This document shows positions 38,049 through 51,500 of a stretch of 64,000 bases of DNA, in pieces. A program made the position numbers and the translations under genes. The notes beneath the pieces were generated by a model. The model was not told the origin of the DNA and made no database searches. It worked only from the letters and a program-made list of their open reading frames with translations. This stretch comes from Gordius albopunctatus. Taxonomy: Eukaryota. Every line of letters starts with the position of its first letter. Position 1 is the first letter of the stretch. The stretch is taken from the NCBI GenBank assembly GCA_964276515.1, contig OZ193909.1, forward strand, positions 20,336,001 through 20,400,000, given 5' to 3'.

Positions 38049-39479
38049 CCCACGCGCACACAGACCCCCATCATATCTCTCTCATTGATGTGTTAGACAC
38101 GTATTAATGCATATGCGTTGCCCCCACCACCTCTTTCACGACGCTTTATGATATGTATACCCGTGGTACTAGTTCCAACTGTGCTGGCAAGGCAGTCACG
38201 CTCGAAGGAGTGTACTGCAAATTAATTTCTCTTTGTTCTGAGTAGAATCAGATATTTAAAAGCATTAACTTCTTTCGCGTATAACTATATTTCGCATTCT
38301 ATTGGGACTGGATGTACATATGATCATCTAATAAATTACGTAGTTCTATGAATAGAAATTAGTTCTAGGAATAGTAGTAAATTAATATTCAAAACAAATA
38401 AGGTAAGAATATAATAATGGGATTTATAGATAACTTTCTTAGTAATTGTAAAAGTAAATAGTAACGTAACCCCTTACCCTAATAAATAATAATAATTTGC
38501 TTTTCTTGTGTTTTTAATTAATTATCTTTCATACAATAATGTTTTAGGTAGCTTGGACCCTCCCGGTGAGAGTATCTAACCTCAGGCGGGGCCTTGTTAA
38601 GCTCCAGAGGCATGGGAAGGGCATTGTGTTCACCCGCTTCTGTAGCGGCATAGTCATTGGGAATCATTGGCAGGGAACCTTGACTGGACGCCGTTCGCAA
38701 GGGGCTTGCATCTATTGGCTCATTTGCAATGTGACTCGATCGTGCGAGCGTACCCCGGTCCGGCCATTCATTTTCATGTCCAACCATTCTCCAGTCCAAT
38801 ATTTTTCTTGGTCTCAACTGATCCAAATGCCGATGATGGCCTTTCCTTAGGGCCCTAATTTTGAACGAGCGCGCCCCGCGCTTAGAAATAACGGTTCCCT
38901 GCACCCATTTATCGGGCCCCAGAAACATACGCACCCACACTGGGTTTCCGACGACGTATGTGCGGAATTTTCCCCTATCCGTCCAATATTGAGGTTCGAT
39001 TTTCCATAACACCTCCCACTCGGTTCGAATTTTCCGACTTAACATTCCTTCTGTAGGAGTTATCACAGTCGCTGGTAGATAGTTGCCCTGTAATTTTCTA
39101 GGAATAAACTTACATCAATTTCAGACTTGTAGCGCACCACCGCCTCCTTTGCTAGCCGCACGTATCTTTCCGCCAATCCATTTGACGCGGGGTGATAAGG
39201 TGCGTTTTATCCCCCTACGCCTACAAAATCCTCGAATCTCTTGGCTTATAAACTGCGGACCGTTATCCGATATAAGGACTGGTGGGCTACCAACCTGGCG
39301 AACACCTCAGCCAGCTTTGTGATTATGGTTTGGGTCATCAAAAAACTCGTATCGTTTCGTTTCGGTTTTTTGAGACGAGACGAGACTGAGAATTTCCTAT
39401 TTTTCCCTGCATCACTAATCGCACAACTATATTTCCCTATTAATAGCTTTGTCACTTTTGGTCTATCCTAGAACCCAAA

Positions 39480-39970
39480 TCGCTGCCTATATGTCCTTAG
39501 CTAGCGTGTCTCAATCGTGGTATACGTCTTTTAGCAAGTTCCTTGCACCCAAGAGAGGCTTTTTCATGATATTTATTGTTCGTCGCCGTATCTTTTAGGG
39601 TTTCGTATCGAATTCAAGGTTCATAAACCATTCTTCTTTAGAGAAGTATTCTTCTTTGAAGATTTACCACAAGTGGACGATATTGCCAGGCGATTACTTC
39701 TCTCGGTATTACTTTATGATCCTTGATACTCAATAAGTCATTTCGCCATATGAGCAGATAGTCGATTTGACTTGAATACTTCCACTTCTATACTTCACAT
39801 AATAATCTTCGCGTTTTTGGAAAAAAAATGTTAACGATAGCCATGTCTCTGCTTGGGAGACTTGGAAAAGTTTACCTCCTTCTTCATTCTTCAGACCAGG
39901 TCCATAGCCTCTATGATTTTATTTGTGCCAGAGGCGATCTTTCCCTACGTGGACGTTGAAATCGGTACAA
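39480..39970 (-). pseudogene. RTE endonuclease fragment
   Basis: Minus strand DFNVHVGK..GYGPGLKNEEG..QIDYLL..KVIP, collinear with the RTE-B APE domain. Confidence 0.7.
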
Positions 39971-40374
39971 ACACTTGAAATTACCAAAATTTTAGGTTTT
40001 TGCAAAGATGTATAATATTTACAATACTAATGGGTTTCTTAATATCTAATATATTCTAATTATATCCTTTAATATCTTATCTGTCAATCATATAAAATAA
40101 AAATACACAATAAATTTACCAAAAGTTTTAGGATCAAATAAAAATATACGCGTATCGTCTTGTCTCGACATCAAAATCGTCTCCTCAGGTCATTTTTTAA
40201 AAATCTCGTCTGGGTTTTTCGAGAGACGAGACCGAGATTTTTCTCAATTTTTCCGCATAACTACATGAGTCTACCAAGAGATATGATTGAATTTATCACA
40301 GGTCACCTCCGAATATCTTACGCCACAAATCACTTTATGCCTTTGTTTTGTCATTTACATTACCTTTAATCTCA

Positions 40375-40735
40375 TGATGGTAGGGTTGGAAAATTCATCC
40401 TGATCTATTTAATTTTCTGTAAATGTGTTGCGTCCATTGTCTTAATTTATTTGGAACTTAATTGACACATTTACATTACCTTACTACTTCGCGACGTTAA
40501 TTGACCAATTAAGCATACCTCGCGGATTCACCACTAAATGTAATTGATTGATTTATACCTCGCGGAGGCACCACTAAACTTAAATGATCTATTCAATTAA
40601 TTCACTAGTATAAAAAGGAGTTTAAAACACTTCTTACTCACTTTTCTTCCAACGATTTAATTTAATTGGATATACAATAAAGTAATTATTACTTTATCCT
40701 TCTGTTATTTAATTCCCGAAAAATTTTACGATAAT
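40375..40735 (+). mobile_element. Possible solo LTR
   Basis: TG start, short internal direct repeats (TACCTCGCGGA..CACCACTAAA), TATAAAAAGG then AATAAA; no clean CA end or TSD. Confidence 0.3.
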
Positions 40736-41991
40736 ATATATGAGCCTAAGCTCTAATGAATATTATATGCGAAATTTTTTTAAAAACGGTACAAGTAAAT
40801 ATTTTGGGACATCATATAATATGTTTCACACTATAATTGATTCATTTACTTGGAATGTAAAAGTATCTGTTATAAAATTTTTTACGTGAAATGTATTAAT
40901 ACCTCCAATTTTTTGTTACTAATTTAGAAACAGTGGTACTTCTTTTGCTTTATTTGCAAGTTTGTAATGTGCACAACTGATTACTTTTTTTTATATGAAC
41001 ATGCTTTATTATAGTAAATTATCAAATATATAATGGGATTAATAAAAAATATAAGAACAAAAATATTTATAAATAAAAGGATTAAAAGGCGTGATCCTTT
41101 TTTTAGTCTTCTTTAAGAATGGGCATTAAATCTATCAGTTAATAAAAATTGGATTTTGAGATCGCGATGGCGATTGATTGCCTTAGTAGAAAAACATTCG
41201 ATATTTTTGAATGAGGCGAGCGTTTATTAAGTTCTTTAAAAAATTTATAACGCCCTTCCCAAATGTCCCTGAGCACGATGAAACGATAGGAATTTAAATG
41301 GAGGTTTCTGATGAAGCTGAATATTTTACGGATCTACGATGCTCTGCCAATAATAGGGATCGTGAGTATATTTGGATGGGCAAACAGGTCACTACAAGTG
41401 TATTCCCATTTAAAAAAGGCTGGTCCCATGGGACAAGCGACGTACCGTCAGGACGCATCCGCCCTTCAAGAGAAGGTTCTTACGGTTCAAGGATGGCCAC
41501 TAAACAAAAAAATATTTTATCCCACTAATATGATCTCTTTTTTTAGAAGAGGAAACTTTGTAATAAAGGTATGAATGTTGAATTCATTTACCTCGTAAGG
41601 TATTTGGTAGGGATGCGCACAAGGTTAAAGGAGAAAGAATTTGTGAGGAGAACTAACTTGAATTTTAATATTTGTCGTTTCTACAACACTTACTAATATG
41701 TAATTGTGCGATTTTATATTCCTTACTACTATTATTGTTATGATTTCGATTAAATAAAATATATAACAACCCTTTTTACTATACAGATAAAATGTTTTAT
41801 TTTCAAATTTAATACAGTCAGCCCATAAATTTATGGTTAATGCGCTGATTAAAATTGAAAATTAATTTACACATTTGAAATAACCCTTAATTTATGGTAG
41901 AAAAGCTTGCATTATCCATGTATCATTATTATCTGGTATGGACTATGCTAAATCAGCTGTATTTCATATGGTCTGTTTTGCTTAAAAATAA

Positions 41992-43488
41992 ATGACTTCA
42001 AAAATATTTTCTGAGAATGAATGGATATATGAAAGCTATAAAAGTCATATGTTAGCATCTGAATGTACAAAAAATTGTAAAGCATGTGAATATTGCCAGT
42101 ATATTAGTTTAATATAATATAAAATGGTTTAGATTTATTAGCAAATTGTCAATTAATGTTCTGCCTGAAATGGTCTTTCCTCTAAATTATCTAAATATTG
42201 CTTATAAAGAACGTTTTAAATTAAAATTCAATGCCATTAATGCATTACAATTAATAAAGAAGGAGGTAGACACTAATTTGAAAGTTTCATACTCCAAGGA
42301 ATGGATGCAATCAAAGTATGTCTACATCTAAAAACCAAATTTTTATGATTCTGCTTTTTATAAACATGTACAAATAAGTTTATTTACTTTTTTAGAGAAG
42401 AGAGTATAAATGAGTTGGAAAATATGATTAAACCATATGATTGGACTTTTACAACTTATTATAAAGGCACGTTAGAGGGTGTGAATAAAAGTGATGTAAC
42501 TATATAATAAATGGAATATTGTTTTTGAATTTTAATAATTTATATATATTGATTTTCCAATAAATATGAATGTATTCCTTTAGATTGAGAAAACTGATGA
42601 ATGTATTGATTTGGAAAGGTTAAAGAAAATTGACAAAATCTTATATTTTGATGAAGTTGACTTGTATGAGGATGAACTTGGTGATAATGGAGTTTCTTTG
42701 TGCAATGTCAAAATTGTAAATAAAAATAAATTTTGTTTAATTATAAATTAATTTCCACAAAGGAAAATAGAACTTATTATAAATTTAGTTGTTTCTGACG
42801 TAAATAAGCAATCACAGAGAGACAAATATTAATAATATCTTTATATCCACTTAAAAATGTCTTTTATAGTTCTCAATTTATTATGGTACAAATATTACAA
42901 ACACATATTAATTTTTAAAGGATATACTAATAATATTAATATTTTAATATTTATAAATTGGATGTTTTCAGAAAGTTAGCTTTTCAAAATTTAAACACAT
43001 GATATTGCCATTTAAATTTTGTTTTCTTTGATTTAATAGTTATTAATTTAATTTCATTTTTTACAAATTGAAAAATATTAACTTTTTTATTTTTATGTTA
43101 GAGAGTGATGCCAGAATATTTCTTGATTTTATTACGATTTTTTCTACGCGTCGATCACGTCATGATTAAATCTCACGAAACTCGATATTTTCACGAAGTA
43201 ATATCTATAAAATCCTATATTTTTAGAAATTAAATTGTTATATCATCTTTCACTTTTGTTTGTTAGTTTGGGCAATCATATGTTTTGAGGGAATACTGCC
43301 AGAAGGAAGAATCTTTAAAAAATTTAGAAAACGTACGAATTTGATTTATATATTGTTTAAAGGTGTTTTTTTTTAATAATTTTTTAATTTATAAGGTTCC
43401 ATCTCAAATATTACTAAATCCCAACGAAATATGCCAAAGACTTCCCATAACCCATCAATTGAACGAAAAAATTAAGATTCACACTTGA
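41992..43488 (+). CDS. TIPRL: TIP41-like protein (PP2A regulator), 7 exons, 258 aa
   Basis: Exons 41992-42098, 42133-42315, 42396-42495, 42584-42715, 43102-43197, 43267-43332, 43396-43488 (777 nt, in frame); motifs LPEMVF, KPYDWTFTTYYKGTL, LYEDELGDNG, RVMP..LLRFFLRVD. Confidence 0.95.
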
Positions 43489-43684
43489 TTTATTTTGAAC
43501 AAATTTATAAAATTAGTACAATATTCGTTTTTGTCGTCTCGTTTGTTAACAAATTCTTAATAAATTTACGAGACTTGGACCCGAACAACCGTCAACTAGC
43601 TCTCCACCATCTTGGTTTATTTTGGCGGCCATTTTGAATTTATCACCGCTCACGTGGTTATAACGGAAGGAATTGTGTATCCTT

Positions 43685-45494
43685 TTAAAGTTTGCAAGGA
43701 GCAATCTTTTTTAAATATTTATTAATTCGTATTTTGTTCCAATGATCGCTTCTAAGCAAGCAAACTAAGTAAGGATTTTCCCCTTCGAATCTCACATTGC
43801 CCATAAATAGATAAGATGCTTGTTTAAGAGGAAATCGAGTTTGTTGTCCATTTTGAAATATATCGTAATTCATCGTTTGAACTGATTTGCTGTTGAGAAA
43901 TTAAAAAGTTTTTATTAATTTATATTCCCATAGATAATGATTGGTTATACTAATACGAGATTATAAATTTTGAAACTTACTCTGATAGTTGAATCGCTGG
44001 TTTTAAAAGGGCTTCTGGTTGATAAAATAAATGTCCCACTTTGGCTTTCACATATTTCTTCGATGCTTGTAATTGACCTTTCATGACTAAATCATTAATA
44101 TAAAATAATTATTTGCTAAAATAATAAGGTTTCAATCAGATAAAATAGTATAGTGTTTGCATTGTTTAACAATAACCTATAAACAAAGGAGCTCAAACGA
44201 CCCCATTCTCACACTGCAATCAAAGGACAATTATTTTGTCTCCTTCATTAGCTATAGCACTTTAATTACAGTTCATTTTAAAGGGAGTTTTTAAACTTTA
44301 AACAGTAATTATCTTTTATAATAAACATTTTGTTGAAAAATAATATAATAGGAAGTTACCTAAATCACAGGAACAAAAGGCTAGGACTGCTTCCTTTTCC
44401 GTACATTCCAATGGATCTAGAATTTCAATAAGAATAAAAATTTATATATTTGAAATAAAATTAATTCTGCTAAAATATAGGCAACATTTACAAATATTTT
44501 CTAAAATTACTCGATAGGTGGCCATCTTGAAAGTGGTAAGCAAAATCTACGACTTGGTTCAGATTTTCCACGGCTGCCCATGTCATCAATTCGACGTAAA
44601 TCGACATTTCGTCTTCCGGTCGAAAGTCGTAACAAGATGGTTTTGGAACAGAATTTTGATCCGAACTTCCGGGAATTAAATATGTCAATCGGCGGCCATC
44701 TTGAACTTTTGAAGGCATTGTCAACATGTCCAGCTCATCGTCGCCATTTTGTTTTTTCTTTCGGACAACAAAAACTTGATATTTAGGAAATTTGTTGGTA
44801 GATGGGGAAGCCCGAATGCAAACTCTCCTGACTTTTACTTTGGATGATTTCTGACTTTTTATCGAGGGTTCGTTAGAATTAGTCTTTCCAGAAAATTCTT
44901 TAGATCTTCCTTCCAACCTCGGTTGCTTTTCAACAAATTTTATTTTAAAGCCCGATAAATTGTTTCTAAGGCTGGAATATTTCCAATAAAATTTGCCTTG
45001 ATTACAACGCGTACCCATAACCCTTATTAAATGATCGGATTGACTTGAATTAATATGATAAGGAGTTTGGTCTACTTCGTTTGTTATTCTAAAAGAAACA
45101 AAACAAAATTAAAAATATAAATTATATTTATTTTAGTTTATTATTTGGATGTATATTTATGTAGACATGATTAAACAAGTTGTTAATAAAAATATGCAAT
45201 GGCCTAGAGGTGTCTAATGATTTTTTTATGTGCAAAAAAGTATATTATATAACACGAACTAACCCCCACTAAAATTTAGGTGTAAATATTAAGAAGACTA
45301 CTTCAAATAATGCATAAATTATAATAAAACTCTACAATTTCTAATATATAATTTAATATTTTAAATAAATTATATAATTGATGTAATGTTTACTCGTCAT
45401 CTCCTAAATCACAAGAATTAGAAATCCAAGATTCATATCCTTGCATTGTGGCCAAAAATAAGAATATGATCAAATTCATTATAGAATAATGCAT
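43685..45494 (-). CDS. Meteorin-family secreted protein, copy A (5 exons, ~348 aa)
   Basis: Exons 45494-45394, 45088-44511, 44416-44360, 44086-43981, 43889-43685. Signal-peptide-like MNLIIFLFLATMQG; RCNQGKFYWKY, ECTEKEAVLAFCSCDLVMKG and YLFMGNVRF..LVC..PCKL match METRN/METRNL motifs. Confidence 0.8.
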
Positions 45495-45561
45495 TGGTGC
45501 AGTAAGTAATTGAACTTAAATGCAATAATTTGTAGAAATGAATTTAAAATCAGATTTCTCG

Positions 45562-45569
45562 TTTATATA
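45562..45569 (-). promoter_or_regulatory. Candidate TATA box, copy A
   Basis: TATATAAA about 70 bp upstream of the ATG; weak evidence in AT-rich DNA. Confidence 0.35.
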
Positions 45570-48500
45570 GGTAATTCTAACGAAAGAAGCAGGAGGTATA
45601 AAAGATTATAAGTATAAGGTAGCAGAGGTATGGGTGAGAAAAAGGCAATGTGGTGGACTTTAGCTTGACAAACAAGATATGATTATAAACACAAAGCCTT
45701 CTTTAATATTCCCAAACTAAGTGTGTGTAGTGTGTCTAAGTATCATGGGTATGGTATGATATGAGACAGTCTCGTGTATTAAACAAAGCGTATTTATGAG
45801 TATACCTGTTTTAGATGTGATGTGAGAGATCAATGCAAAAGATTAAAGTCCCACGTTTTCAAGGTGGAACAAAGGTTTGTAACAGAAACGTGTCATATCT
45901 ATAACTAGGTTGTCAATAATTGTCCACCTCCCCACCCCCTCACTACCACTCCGACCCTCATTCATGTCTAAAGTCTATTAATGTCGCCATGGGGCTATGT
46001 AAAATATTATAACGAAACTTCATGAAGTGCTTTCTATACCTAGCTAAGTAAACATGGGTAAATTAAAGTAGCCAACCAATGTGTTTAAATAGTATTACTC
46101 TAGTATTAAGCTTGAATTTAAACAGGGTTTTCAAACTACTGTCTTTCTTGTTTATTTTATAATGTCATATGATCTTTATCTTGTAACAAAATGAAGTTTA
46201 AATTTTAGGTATCATAGGAAAAAAATAGTTTTTTTAATATTAAAACCTATACAATTGTTAATAATTTTATATTTACTTTTTGATATATGTTAATAAAATT
46301 AATATTCAATTATAAATATATAACAAATATATCCAAATAACCGAAAGAAAGTTAAGAGGGAGTATGTTAGAGTAGAGGAAGGACTAATTGAAAGAGATAT
46401 CAATCCATTTTCACACATATAGAATTGATTTTTTCCCATGGTAAAAGATAAAATTCCATGACACACCACCTGTTATGCCCTAGCGTGTACTAAATTGCAG
46501 GTGCGATTTAAAAACAATGTTTGCACTCATTGTATTATAAGTTTATAACTCTAATGCTGATGGGAAAATATTGGCCCATAGTCTTCTTCTCTAATTATAT
46601 AATTGCCCAACGACTTTTAGTATCTTGAAGTGTGTCTCTTTCTAACACTTAATTCTAATGGTGACAATCATAGACAATTAATATTTTTAATTGCTCCAAA
46701 TGTTTGTATATGTATAATATAGAAGAGTTAAAGAATTATGAGATGATCGGATTTAACTAATTTCTAGAGTCGCAAATGAGTTTTTCTCTCTTCTAAGAGG
46801 TGACCACCAGTTAAAAAATGTTTCATTGGTGCTACTTGATCCCTTAGGATCGCGACACAACACCGTAAATGCTTGAAATATATCCGGGGATTCAAAATAA
46901 AATAATAAAGACATTGTCGTAAGTGTTTGCGATGATGTGAGAATTAGCTGATCTCAGGTCCCAATTTACTTAGGGTCTCAAATAAATTCAAGCGTATTTA
47001 TTCTTTTTTCCATAATATTTCAAGAGGATAGTTATCCCAAAATGATAAAAATTGAATATAGAAAACATACTTTGATGGGTTTAAGTTTTTCTGGGGGGGG
47101 GGCTGTCTTTTTGTAATAGCTAATTATTTTCCACAATTTAGTCCATTTCTTTTTAGGCGTTAAACCTCCAAACAGAATTATTTTTTATAAAATGTATTTT
47201 ATTCACTTTTTTACTGAATATTTTAAAAATTTGGAGCCATTTTACGATGTTCTTTCTATCTATGTATTATATATCATATTTATTTAGATAAACAACATTG
47301 TGCCCAACAAGGTGTTCTTCCCCCCTTTTTAAGGTTAAATAATTTCTTTTTAAATATAGAACTGGCTTAAGCGCTTTGAATTCCGGCTTTTATAACTTTC
47401 TCACTTCTGTCTGTGAGGAGGTTAAAACAAAAGGCAAAAGCTTTAATTTTTTGAATATAAATTAAATTTAAAACCGTATTAGTCTTGGTTGCATTGTCAT
47501 TTAGGTGTCAGGCAATTTCATTGATTGGTTGCTTTATTAGTAATCAATAAAATTCTTTCAGTTCATCTTCCATATAAAGAAGCAGAAATTTATATGGGGA
47601 TACTGCCCCCCCTCTATAAATGGCAAAAACATTTCAATGCAAAAACCCTTAAAAATTAAACTAGCTATGCTCATGGAATTTTATAATAGCAAAACTAGGT
47701 TCGAGACTGGAGATTTTAATTGTCTGTTTGTATATGAATTTATTAATTTGCTAATTACTTTATAATTTTTTGGATTAAATCTATTAGATTTTACAAACCT
47801 GGGGAGGCTGGGAGGGCCATCCACCGCCCCTACATATAGACTTGAATTTGTCATGCAATTATGACTAAAATTTCAAAACTTTATTTCGCTTTTTCAAGGT
47901 CCATTATTTTCCAGCTGTAAACTAATTCCTGGAAACGCCAAAAAAGTCGCCACTTAAATTTTCTTTCTTTAATATTCTTTCCTCGTATAGTAAGACAGAC
48001 GATTAAGGAATTACAAGAGATTATAAAAAAAGTCGGCATCTTAGTAAATTATCAAAGAAAATGCATAAAGTCATTTTTGATGGGTCATTTACTACATTGT
48101 TTAAAATACATTATCTATTCGTTATAACTTAAAGCACGTCTTTATTTTATCATTCTTATATATATGTGACCTAATCTCATCATTGCACTTACCAAAACTT
48201 TTAAATTGACACCAAGTTGCGAATTAATCCTGTAATTTTAAGTATCGGATTTTAAATAATAATTTACATGACATTTTATAATTGTCCTATACATTTTTAA
48301 ATGATGCATATACCGGTAACTTTAATACATTTAACTTTACTTTCTAAAATTTTTAAAATTTATTTTACCCATCTAATTGGGACAAAATCGCTCCCCAGTC
48401 CCGTAGTCAAGGGGGACTTTGCAAAAAAAAATTTTCTTTTATTAATAAATATATTATTTAATAAATTAGAATGATTTTAAGACTAAGACACTTACAAACA

Positions 48501-51500
48501 CCTAAAAGTCGATATGGACTCTTTTTTGAATTTTGAACAAAAGCTCCTAACCTCTTATTATCCCTTTTCCAAATTCACATGTCAATAAAATACTTAGCAC
48601 TTTCAAAAAAATATGGAGCACCTTTCTTCAGCAATCTGATAAATGGTGCGAAAACGGGGTTTCATAGCCTGAGGTTTGTGGCTAGCTAAGGTTTTTTTAA
48701 ACCTCGAGGTTTTCAAAAGCCCTAACATAAATCCGTTTAGGTTTAACCTTGGTTTTGCATGCACCTGAGAATTTCTCGGAAATTCCAACCTAATATTCTA
48801 GATTCAAGCTCTAATCCAAAACCTTTGGATCGGAATGAATTCCGAACCCCGTCCTTGGTGTTTTTAAAATCAATATATAAAAAGTTTAATATCAAATCAA
48901 TACTCTCTTGTATCATTATTATTCATGTAAAGTTGAGATTAGGGCCATCTATAAAAGATTTAAATGATATAATATTTCATAGAAGGCACAAATTTCCATA
49001 TAGCATTTGAATAATGATAAAAGAGAGTATTAATTTGTAACAAACTTTTTATATGTTGGTTTAAAATACTATATTTTTTGAATTTTGAATTTAAACAAAT
49101 GATAATAATTAATGAATTTAATATAAAAAAATGCTAAGACACCGTAATTTTGTCACACTATTTTGATGTAAAAAAAAACTATACCAAATGTCTGCAAACC
49201 TCAAGGTGACATAGGTTGAGATGTAAGATTTTGAGCTAGAGTTGGAATCTAGCACAAAATTTAAAATTTAGGGTGAGATTAATGGGTACTCTCCTAAGGC
49301 TGACCTAAAAGGATTTAGGTTAGTGTAGTTTAAAGCCATAACTATGAACCTGACTTTAGCCCTCAGGCAAACCTTCGCCACCACTAAATCTGAATATTTG
49401 ATTTCCGTTTTATATCTTAATAAACCTTTTAGCTGTATATCCTTGCTTACTAAGGAACCAATTGCAGAAAATGGATTCTGACATTCAAGGGATGATTCGA
49501 CTAACAGATAACAGTGCAACTCAGATAAAATTGATTAGAAACAAGTTGACTATCAGGGTTTTTTTTAGTGAAAGGTAAAGATCAGGCCCGTAGCCAAGAT
49601 TTTCTCAAGGGGCCAGAAATTTGCAAAAAAATTGCGACACTTTTATTTTTAATATAACAAAAATAAAGTTGGCGTACAATGCATATGCGAAACTTCAAGG
49701 CGCTATATAACCAGCTTTGGAAAAATCTCTTCACTTCATCAATCAGAGCATTTACTATCATCGCTTTTATACCTTAAAAAGGACATGGAACTCATGCAAG
49801 TTATTCAACCGGCAGAAAATAGTATCATTTAGGATAAATTAAAAAATGGCGGAAACCAAAGCAAAATTATACAGTCACTACTCAATCTGTTTACTTGACA
49901 TTTTATGGATTACAGCTAAATGGACAGTGTTTAGAAAAAAAAAACAAGTTTTAGCTAATTTCCAAATACTCTTTAATGTAATCACAATATTTATAACAAT
50001 TAATATATATATAAGAAATCAATACTATATAAACATAACATAAAAGCCTAAGTCACTTACTAGAAATACCAGGGTTCGGTATTTTAATGGGGAAAAAATT
50101 TTGTATAGAATTCTTCATAATTTACAACTCTTCGCGGCAATCATACATACAAAAAATTTACAATCAATGGTTATAATGTTAGGGCAAAAGTCAAAAATTA
50201 AATTCTAAAAATTGAAATCTTTTCTGCAACTAAACTGTAATATTTTTTTAACCCATTTAATCTAAAATTTTTGTAAATTCTGTCCCCTTCTCCTGCTGGT
50301 AAAGATCATATATATGCTTTAGCAGATGTTAAATCTAAACCTCGATTTGTCAAGACCTACAATTTTCTCTGTATTATTTCAACTGAATACATTGAAGCTT
50401 ATTATAAATTACTAAAATTCATCTCTTGTTTGATTCTTCCTCCGGTAAATAAGTAAATGAACGTTCGATAAAAAAAAATTTCCAGCTAGCTTCCATTGTT
50501 TCCACAGTCCGTTAACTATGTATCAGGAACTCGAGAAAATATTTTTTGCCTGGACTTTACTCTAAGGATTTAAATGGCACACATCAGCCTTAAGCCAGAA
50601 TTTAAGTTATGTTATATGCTTTTGCCTCAATCTAAAGAGACCTGTCGTCTAGCCAGGATTGAATTCAGAGGGGGTCAATAGTGATTGAGGGATGGAGAAA
50701 ATGATAATTTTCGAAATTTTAGCCATAATTATATAATTTTTTGTCAAAAATTATTTCTAGATTTAAGGGGCAGTCGCCCCCGTCTCTGCCACCCCCGTTT
50801 GAAAACCTAACAGCTTTTTAATTATTAAGCCATTACATATGACCATCCTTTTTTTGTCTTCCAACATGGGCCTTAGACAAATACAAAACATATTTAGGAG
50901 ACAGTATGTCAAAACATCGAGTTAATGGATTGGCATTGTTAGCAATTTATCGGCTCCCACGTCAATCAAAATTCTAGATAGCGACTCTCTGAGCAAAAAA
51001 CGCTTTATATATTCGATCAAGTTATTCTTTATGAGAGATCAGATTAGATTAAATTATTGTGCCTGAACCCGCCCGATTTCGTAAAAAGATTGTTCGCCCG
51101 GGCCCGAAACGCTCCCCAACATTTTGGGATAAGTATTTTAGGATTCATAAATATTATTAAATAAATTTAAAAAATAATAAAATAAAATACGGAAACGAAA
51201 TAACAAGCATAGAAAATTTCTCCTTAAGCTCACATTACTCGAATCTTGTTATAGTGCCCGCCCGGGTAAAAAATGAATTTGCATTTTAGCTTTATATTTT
51301 TCATTCGTAAATTTAATTAATGCCTTGGTTGAATTCTAAAACTTGGAGTTAATAGACTTCACATGCATCGACTTGTTTGCCCAGTGAAACATGATCGTGC
51401 CAGAATTGTAATTACAGTGGGGCAATAACAATTTATGCAGGGGCAATATAATCATTTTTTAAAAAAAATTTGGATTCAAAGGGGGCAGCTGCCCCCCCCC

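Larger units (their letters stand above)
35100..39320 (-). mobile_element. Ty3/gypsy remnant: integrase, PPT and a 3' LTR split by two hAT insertions
   Basis: Integrase PVLISDNGPQFISQE..SNGLAERYV (~39155-39290), SH3-like tail VWVR..KWVQGTV..RHLDQLR (38518-39066), PPT AGGGTAAGGGG (~38470-38480). The LTR runs ~38466->35100 and ends AATAAA...TAACA; about 670 bp once the insertions are removed. Confidence 0.65.
43627..46653. repeat. Left arm of a near-identical inverted duplication
   Basis: Reverse complement of 56002-59043 apart from one 15-nt indel and a handful of substitutions. Confidence 0.95.

Noticed and set aside
44488..45018. Single-exon 176/181-aa genes from the ORF track (also 57637-58182)
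   Set aside because: These are exon 2 of the spliced meteorin-family genes.
49268..49519. 83-aa minus ORF near the palindrome centre
   Set aside because: Non-ATG start and no recognisable motif; probably a LINE 3' remnant.
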